NCBI GenBank assembly: GCA_964016885.1
Contig: OZ024765.1
Coordinates: 21,452,001-21,516,000, forward strand
Source of the DNA: Eledone cirrhosa
Taxonomy: Eukaryota
DNA length: 64,000 nt
Direction of reading: 5' to 3'
Part shown: positions 55,461 through 64,000 of the stretch, piece by piece
Layout of the letters: every line of letters begins with the position of its first letter
Numbering within the stretch: position 1 is the stretch's first letter
The notes under the pieces: model-generated
The model's input: only the letters and a program-made list of their open reading frames with translations
Told to the model about the DNA's origin: nothing
Databases searched by the model: none
Program-made: the position numbers and the translations under genes

Positions 55461-56990
55461 AGGACACACACAGAGACACTGGCAGACTACCACAGGAACA
55501 CGCACACAGACACACACATACACACACACAGAGACACTGGCAGACTCCCACAGGAACACGCACACAGACACACACATACACACACACAGAGACACTGGCA
55601 GACTACCACAGGAACACGCACACAGACACACACATACACACACACAGAGACACTGGCAGACTACCACAGGAACACGCACACAGACACACACATACACACA
55701 CACAGAGACACTGGCAGACTCCCACAGGAACACGCACACATACACACACATACAGAGACACTGGCAGACTCCCACAGGAACACGCACACAGACACACACA
55801 TACACACACACAGAGACACTGGCAGACTCCCACAGGAACACGCACACAGACACACACATACACACATACAGAGACACTGGCAGACTCCCACAGGAACACG
55901 CACACAGACACACACATACACACACACAGAGACACTGGCAGACTCCCACAGGAACACGCACACAGACACACACATACACACACACAGAGACACTGGCAGA
56001 CTCCCACAGGAACACGCACACAGACACACACATACACACACATACACACACACAGAGACACTGGCAGACTCCCACAGGAACACGCACACAGACACACACA
56101 TACACACACACAGAGACGCACTGGCAGACTCCCACACACACAGACACACAGACACACACATACACACACACAGAGACACTGGCAGACTCCCACAGGAACA
56201 CGCACACAGACACACACATACACACACACAGAGACGCACTGGCAGACTCCCACAGGAACACGCACACAGACACACACATACACACACACAGAGACACTGG
56301 CAGACTCCCACAGGAACACGCACACAGACACACACATACACACACACAGAGACGCACTGGCAGACTCCCACAGGAACACGCACACAGACACACACATACA
56401 CACACACAGAGACACTGGCAGACTACCACAGGAACACGCACACAGACACACACATACACACACACAGAGACACTGGCAGACTCCCACAGGAACACGCACA
56501 CAGACACACACATACACACACACAGAGACACTGGCAGACTACCACAGGAACACGCACACAGACACACACATACACACACACAGAGACACTGGCAGACTCC
56601 CACAGGAACACGCACACAGACACACACACATACAGAGACACTGGCAGACTCCCACAGGAACACACACACAGACACACACATACACACACACAGAGACACT
56701 GGCAGACTCCCACAGGAACACGCACACAGACACACACATACACACACACAGAGACACTGGCAGACTCCCACAGGAACACGCACACAGACACACACATACA
56801 CACACATACACACACACAGAGACACTGGCAGACTCCCACAGGAACACGCACACAGACACACACACACAGAGACACTGGCAGACTCCCACAGGAACACGCA
56901 CACAGACACACACATACACACACAGAGACACTGGCAGACTCCCACACACACAGACACACACATACACACACACATACAGAGACTCCAGCA
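55461..56990. repeat. ~58-bp CA-rich minisatellite (gagacactggcagactcccacaggaacacgcacacagacacacacatacacacacaca)
   Basis: Direct reading. Confidence 0.96.
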
Positions 56991-57245
56991 GAGACACGCA
57001 CACATACACACCTACAAAGACACGACACACACACAAACACAGAGACATATACACAGGCAGAGAGCCGCACACACCAACAGGGAGCCGCACACACACAAAC
57101 ACACAAACTGGGGTAACCATGGGAACAAAATCTATTATGACAGTTCCAATCAAAATGACATTTTTATTGAAAAGACACAGTTACGTTGGTTTTGTAATTG
57201 ACATATATATGTGTGTGTGTATATAAATATATATGTATGTATGTA

Positions 57246-57303
<58 letters not shown>

Positions 57304-57335
57304 TATACATGAATACATGTACACATATATGTAAA

Positions 57336-57394
<59 letters not shown>

Positions 57395-57443
57395 ATAATA
57401 ATAAATTTGAAGACTAAAATCCATATATATATATATATATTAA

Positions 57444-57623
57444 TTGTTTCTACTTTAGGCACAAGGCCAGCAACTACCCAGTGCCTCACTGGTACTTTAT
57501 TTTATCGACCCCGTAAGGATGAAAGGCAAAGTCAACCTCGGCGGGATTTGAACTCAGATCGTAAAGGGACGTAACTATGCTGGAAAGCATGGCGTCCGAC
57601 CCTCTACCGATACTGCCAATCCA
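57444..57623 (-). mobile_element. SINE family 1
   Basis: Similarity to 4959-5147. Confidence 0.9.
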
Positions 57624-57749
57624 CATATATATTAATAAGAGGAATTCCAACTTTGTCTGATTTACTCGTTTTATTTACAATCCTTTAAAATATATATAAT
57701 GGTATTATAATGAAATAGTATGATAGAATATTAAATTCTAAGTGTTAAT

Positions 57750-57788
57750 TGAACAAGTACTTTCATGCTTTCGCAATCTTCAGGTTCA
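57750..57788 (-). ncRNA. Minimal type-I hammerhead (family H)
   Basis: TGAAC-CTGAAGA-tTGC GAAA GCAt-GAAAG-TA-CTT-GTTCA; helix III palindrome AAGTACTT. Confidence 0.75.
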
Positions 57789-58008
57789 TGATATGTGGTG
57801 ACAGTCGAGTTTGCAATTTTCAACTGTCATATATATACATATATATACATATATATACATATATATACACATATATATAAATAGGAAAAAGTATGACCCC
57901 GACAGCAGAGCTCAAGCCTATTACCTATTACCCACTCTACTCCCTAAGTATTGAGTACTCTGGTGTGTTATGGTCCATCTGGTTCCTTACCATAACACCT
58001 TCGTTAAT

Positions 58009-58048
<40 letters not shown>

Positions 58049-58116
58049 TATTGTATTTTCACAGAAAAGGCTTTACCTCACGGCTTGAGCTCTGCCGTCG
58101 GGGTCCTGAACTTTTT

Positions 58117-58194
<78 letters not shown>

Positions 58195-58435
58195 GTGTGT
58201 GTGTATGTATATATATATGTATGTGTATCTATATATATATATGTGTATATATATGTATGTATGTGTATATATATATATATGTATGTAAGTGTATATATAT
58301 ATATGTATGTAAGTGTGTATATATATATATATGTATGTATGTGTGTATATATATATACATATATATATATGTATGTGTATATATATATATATGTATGTAT
58401 GTGTATATATATATATATATATGTATGTATGTGTT

Positions 58436-58470
<35 letters not shown>

Positions 58471-58664
58471 GTGTATATATATATATATATGTATGTATGT
58501 GTTTATATATATATATATATGTGTGTATGTGTATATATATATATATGTATGTATGTGTATATATATATATATATATGTATGTATGTGTTTATATATATAT
58601 ATATGTGTGTATGTGTATATATATATATATGTATGTATGTGTATATATATATATATATATGTAT

Positions 58665-58710
<46 letters not shown>

Positions 58711-58888
58711 GTGTATATATATATATATATGTATGTATGTGTGTATATATATATATATGTATGTATGTGTATATATATATATGTATGTATGGGTATATAT
58801 ATATATATGTATGTGTATATATATGTATGTGTATATATATATGTATGTATGTGTATATATATATATCTATATAAATATATATGTAGGT

Positions 58889-59225
58889 GGAGGCACATGG
58901 CTTAGTGGTTAGAGCATTGGCCTTGCAATCGAAAGGTTGTGAGTTCAATTCTCAGACTGGGTGATGTGTTGTTTCCTTGAGCAAGACACTTTATTTCACA
59001 TTGCTCCAGTTTACTCAGCTGTAGAAATGAGATGATAGGGACTGGGGTCCCTATCATTCCACTGCAAAGTGGTCGTGGAGGTGCCACGGCAAAAAAGCAC
59101 CCAGCACTCACTGTAAATGAGGTTGGTGTTAGGAAGGGCATCCAGCTGTAGAAATCAAGCCAGAATCAGTTCCCGTCCCACCCTTGCAAGCAGGGAAAGG
59201 TGGACGTAAAATGAAATGAAATGAA
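58889..59225 (+). mobile_element. SINE family 2 full copy
   Basis: Near-identical to 20571-20905. Confidence 0.92.
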
Positions 59226-59244
59226 TGTATGTATGTATGTATAT

Positions 59245-60085
59245 ATGACCCCTTAGCCTTTGTCAAGGCAGAATTCTAGAGAAGGAAAACTCTGATATAA
59301 CACCTGCAACCCTGATGGTATCCAATGATGTTGACTTGTTCTTCTTTTTGGTAAATATCAACTTGGTTAAGAGAGTGGGACTGGCTTTGTGCAGTGCCTT
59401 TGCTCACTATAAAAGCTTCACGGCACAGGCATTGCTTTATATCTGGAGATCTCTCTGCACTTGTCGTCACTTGGTACCATGGGCCCAGCACTATGTGTCA
59501 ATAATTGTCACAAGTGTAGTGTTTGTACCAAAGTTTTCAAGTCGCTGGCTGGACTAAAAAGTCACACTCGTTCAGTGCATCGGTAGGGATATAAAGTAGT
59601 GGCCGTACTCGAAAACGAGTTGGCAGCCACCATGTATGTATGTGCTGGTGATAACTTCTTAAACTGCCTCACTGATCTCTTTGTGAATGTTTGGAATGAA
59701 GATGTGCCAGAGGATTGGAAAGATGCATTGATGGTGGTACTTTACAAAGGAAAGGGGGCCAAAGATGACGGTGGCAACTACAGAGGTATCTCGCTGCTAT
59801 CTGTGACTGGGAAGATCTTGTGCAGGATATTGTTGGACAGATTGATACAGCACATTGCTGTTGAGGTACTTTCTGAGTCCCAATGTGGCTTTAGGAATGG
59901 CAGAGGCACTGTTGACATGATCTTCTCGGCCAAACAACTTCAAGAGAAGTTTTTGTCGATCTGACCAAGGCATTTGACACCATTAATCGGAAGGCTTTGT
60001 GGGTTATTTTAGAGAGATTGGGCTGTCCTGAAAAGTTTGTGAACATTCTGAAACTCTTCCACGATGACATGCAGGCATGGGTGAA
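59245..60085 (+). pseudogene. Fragments of a third RTE family: zinc-finger 3' end with (TGTA)n tail (to ~59642), then an RT fragment
   Basis: CSVCTKVFKSLAGLKSH; PEDWKDALMVVLYKGKG..NYRGISLLSVTGK..ESQCGFR..TVDMIF..QLQEK..FVDLTKAFD. Confidence 0.8.
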
Positions 60086-60550
60086 TATACACACCCGTCC
60101 CACTACCCCCAACCCATCTGCACCACCCCTTTCTCTGTAAAGTTATGTTGGTACCACAACATCCAGTCCGAAATAAATGAGGTTGTGTAGGTGTTACGAC
60201 AAAAAAAACACACAGTCCACACTGTAATGTGGCCGTGTAGGTAACACGGTAAAAACCTCCCAGTCCACACTGTAAACGTGGTTGCTGTTAGGAAGGGCAT
60301 CCAGCCGTAGAAAACCCGCCAGACAGTCCTATACGTGCAAGACAACCAATCTTGCCTCAAGTGGGAAAATTCCCGTCCAAACCCATGCAAGCGTGGAAGA
60401 TGGAAATTAAATGATGATGATGATGATGCTACACACATATATATATATATATAAATATATACACATATATATATATAAATATATACACATATATATATAA
60501 ATATATACACATATATATATATATATAAATATATACACATAAATATATAC

Positions 60551-61605
60551 AATGCAAGGCAGTGTGTCAATGCAAATCAGGATGTTGTTGGAGATAAATG
60601 TGTCTGGAATGATGCTGGTGTACTTAGCGTCACGATGGTCAGAAAAAGGAGGCCTGGAAATGTCATTATGAGAGACTAATGAATGTGGAGAAGGAATGGG
60701 AGAGAGAGAAATTACCCTCAGTAGCTCCGACAGAGGGACCAGCTATTGACGTTGACGAATATAGGGTCCAAGAGGCGATTAAGGAAATGAAAAATGCTAT
60801 AAGAACCAGATCGTCAGCATAGAGAAGTTCCCATGGACAGCCAGTCTTAAACTCCTCTGTTATGGCTTGGAGGACTATAATGAACAAGAGCGGGCCGAGG
60901 ACCGAACCTTGATGTACTCCTACTTATATCTGGAATTCCTCACTAAACTCCATTCCTACCCTGACTTTACTGAGAGTACCTCTGTACAAAGTTTGCACTG
61001 TCCTCACAAGCCATTCCTCAACACCTAGTTTCATTAGGGACCACCAGATGACAGATCGTGGTACCCTATAAAAGGCCTTCTCTAGGTCAACAAAGGCTAA
61101 ATATAGTGGCTTATCTTTCTCTAAGAACCTCTCTTGCAATTGTCTCACCAAGAAGAGGGAATCTGTTGTACTCTTCGCAGGCACAAAACCAAACTGCATC
61201 TCATCTAGTTTGACCCTTTCTCTAATTAGTTGTGCTAATATCCTTTCTGCCACTTTCATAACCTGGTCCATCAGTTTTATACCCCTATAATTGCTCCTCT
61301 CCAGAGCATCTCCTTTACCTTTGTAGCAATTTATGAGAATACTGCTGCACCAGTCTTTGGGTATGACACCACCATATATAGCCTGATTGATTATGCGTGC
61401 AACCAGTTTAGTGCCTACGTCCCCTGATGCCTTCAGCATCTCAGCAACCATTCCCGATGGTCCAGCAGCACTCACTGTAAATTAGGTTGGTGTTAGGAAG
61501 GGCATCCAGCTGTAGAAATCAAGCCAGAATCAGCTCCCGTCCCACCCTTGCAAGCAGGGAAAAGTGGACGTAAAATGAAATGATGATGATGATGTTGATG
61601 ATGAT
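60551..61605. mobile_element. Rearranged chimera: RTE segment (+, 60551-60796), adjacent RTE segment inverted (-, 60796-61469), SINE family 2 3' half (+, 61466-61605)
   Basis: Segments match 8184-8430 and 7504-8177 of the RTE, and 20783-20905 of the SINE. Confidence 0.88.
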
Positions 61606-61676
61606 GTGTATATATTTATTTATATATATATATTTATATATATATGTGTATATATATATGTGTGTATATATATATA

Positions 61677-61707
<31 letters not shown>

Positions 61708-61795
61708 GTATATATTTATATATATATATATATATATTTCGTTTCTGAATTTGTTTAGAAAGATTCTTTATCTGAAAACGTGTGTTGAAACCGCT

Positions 61796-62200
61796 ATTGT
61801 TATACTTTGGGAGGGTCATGTTGCCAATAAGAAACACACGCACCAATTGCTTTCACTTCAATTTATTATAAATTAAATTTATAAATTCCGGTTGGTTGGT
61901 TGGTTGCACAACCAGACGATTGTTCATATATTGTCAAAGTTCTTTCGTCACACATTCTGTAACCTCTTCAATGACTGGGGATTCTTTTCTTTGTTTTTGT
62001 GAATCCCCAGTCACTGAAGAGGTCACAGAATGAGTGACGAAAGAACTTTGACAATATATGAACAATCGTCTGGTTGTGCAACCAACCAACCAACCAGAAA
62101 TTTATAAATTCTCAAATTTATAAATTTAATTTATAATAAATTGAAGTAAAAGCAACTGGTGCGTGTGTTTTTTATTGGCAACATGACCCTCCCAAAGTAT

Positions 62201-62203
<3 letters not shown>
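61796..62203. repeat. Inverted repeat (61796-61984 / 62001-62203) with hammerhead-like motifs at 61933-61975 (-) and 62010-62052 (+) (family I)
   Basis: GTCA-CTGAAGA-g-GTCAC agaatga GTGAC-GAAAG-AA-CTT-TGAC; arms have several mismatches. Confidence 0.85.
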
Positions 62204-62239
<36 letters not shown>

Positions 62240-62438
62240 TAAAAAAATAATGAATAAAACAATGAAACAGTTCCTTAAACAAAAAAAGTTCATTATTTAA
62301 CAATCGTTTCTGGGATATATATGTGTTAGAATTGGCATGCATATTTAACAGATCTATGTACAAAATTATACAAAATTATACAAACTATCAAAATTAAATA
62401 CACATACCAACTCATATATATGCCGTCTTCAGAAATAA

Positions 62439-62572
62439 TTGTTTCTACTTTTGGCACAAGGCCAGCAATTACCCAGTGCATTACTGGTACTTTATTTTAT
62501 CGACCCCGTAAGGATGAAAGGCAAAGTCAACCTCGGCGGGATTTGAACTCAGATCGTAAAGGGACGTAACTA
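62439..62572 (-). mobile_element. SINE family 1, 5'-truncated, TSD tatgccgtcttcagaaataat
   Basis: TSD at ~62419-62439 and 62571-62591. Confidence 0.9.
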
Positions 62573-64000
62573 TGCCGTCTTCAGAAATAATGAAATATAT
62601 TTATTGATAATAACAACAATTCAAAATTACAGGTCTGTTTGGGAACAGAGTTCAAATTGACCAATATCCGGATTACATTGAGTTCTTCATACGGATTGGA
62701 CACTACCGTAAACTCTTGGTAGATTTATCTACATATATATATATATATATGTAAATGTGGTTGGTGTTAGGAAGGGCATCCAACTGTAGAAAACCTGCCA
62801 GACAGTCCTATGCGAGCAAGACAATCACTCTTGCCTCAAGTGGGACTACCCCCGTCCAAACCCATGCAAGCGTGGAACACGGACGTTAAACGTTGATGAT
62901 GATGATGATGATGATATATACAAGATATTTTAATACAAGACTTTACAACAGAAATATTAGCAGTCTAAGAGAGAGGACATCTTGAAGCTGGTCATTAAAT
63001 AACTAAGATGGAGAATAATATATATTGTCAAAGGTATACCAAGAATAAATATGATATTTTTCTAATATATGGAGGCCATGAAACTATTCAACAACAGCCA
63101 TATTTAACTGTGTTACAGCTGGTATTGTCTTTCATGTTTATTCCTTGTGTTTTTGCTTCTTTTGTTGAAGAAACAGGGGTGTGAGGGATATTGCTAAAAG
63201 ATATTGGCCAGAAGGGAGGTGGAACTATAGGGTTACATTTGTGTGTATGTGTGTGTGTTTTGTTGAGCATACACACACACACACCTATATATATATATAT
63301 ATATATATAGGTGTGTGTGTTTTGTTGAGCATACACACACACACCTTTATATATATATATATAAAATATATATATATAAAATATTAAAAAAATAATGAAT
63401 AAAACAATGAAACAGTTCCTGATATTAAACAAAAAAAGTTCATTATTTAACGATCGTTTCTGGGATATATATGTGTTAGAATTGGCATGTATATTTAACA
63501 GATCTATGTAAACTCCGTAAACTACCGTAAACTCTTGGTAGATTTATCTACATATATATATATATAGGTGTGTGTGTGTATGTATACATATATATACATA
63601 TGTGTTTGTGTATACACATATGTATACATATGTGTGTGTATTCACATATATATACATATATTTATATATATGTATGTATACATGTATATATATATATACA
63701 TATATGTATTTATATATATATATATGTATATATATCATCATCATTATCATCAACGTTTAACGTCCATGTTCCACGCTTGCATGGGTTTGGACGGGGGTTT
63801 TCCCACTTGAGGCAAAAGTGGTTGTCTTGCTCGCATAGGACTGTCTGGCGGGTTTTCTACAGTTGGATGCCCTTCCTAACACCAACCACATTTACAGTGT
63901 GGGGCTGGCAGGTTTTTACCGTGTTGCCTACACGGCCACATTTACAGCGTGGACTGTGTGTTTTTTGTCGTGACACCTACACGATCTCATTTGTTTCGGC

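Overview
Eukaryotic, extremely repeat-rich DNA with no confidently identifiable host gene. The (TA)n/(CA)n microsatellite load and the SINE/RTE/Penelope spectrum suggest a coleoid cephalopod such as Octopus; this is inference, not a database result. Almost all long ORFs in the track are stop-free microsatellite translations. The real coding remnants are retrotransposons: a near full-length RTE LINE (6.5-9.6 kb) plus RTE fragments, a CR1-type RT (14.6-16.4 kb), three long Tx1/L1-like LINEs (38.7-55.5 kb) plus about 7 tiny Tx1 3' ends, and five Penelope-like element (PLE) fragments (GIY-YIG and RT). There are also two tRNA-derived SINE families, a piggyBac-type MITE and several minisatellites. 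The main hidden signal is about 19 minimal type-I hammerhead ribozyme motifs from about 10 unrelated sequence families, folded by hand. They show covariation and palindromic helix III, and most sit in both arms of fold-back inverted repeats embedded in (TA)n. A second signal is repeated, same-orientation, site-specific Tx1/SINE insertion into minisatellite or (TAA)n landing pads that are regenerated by target-site duplication.
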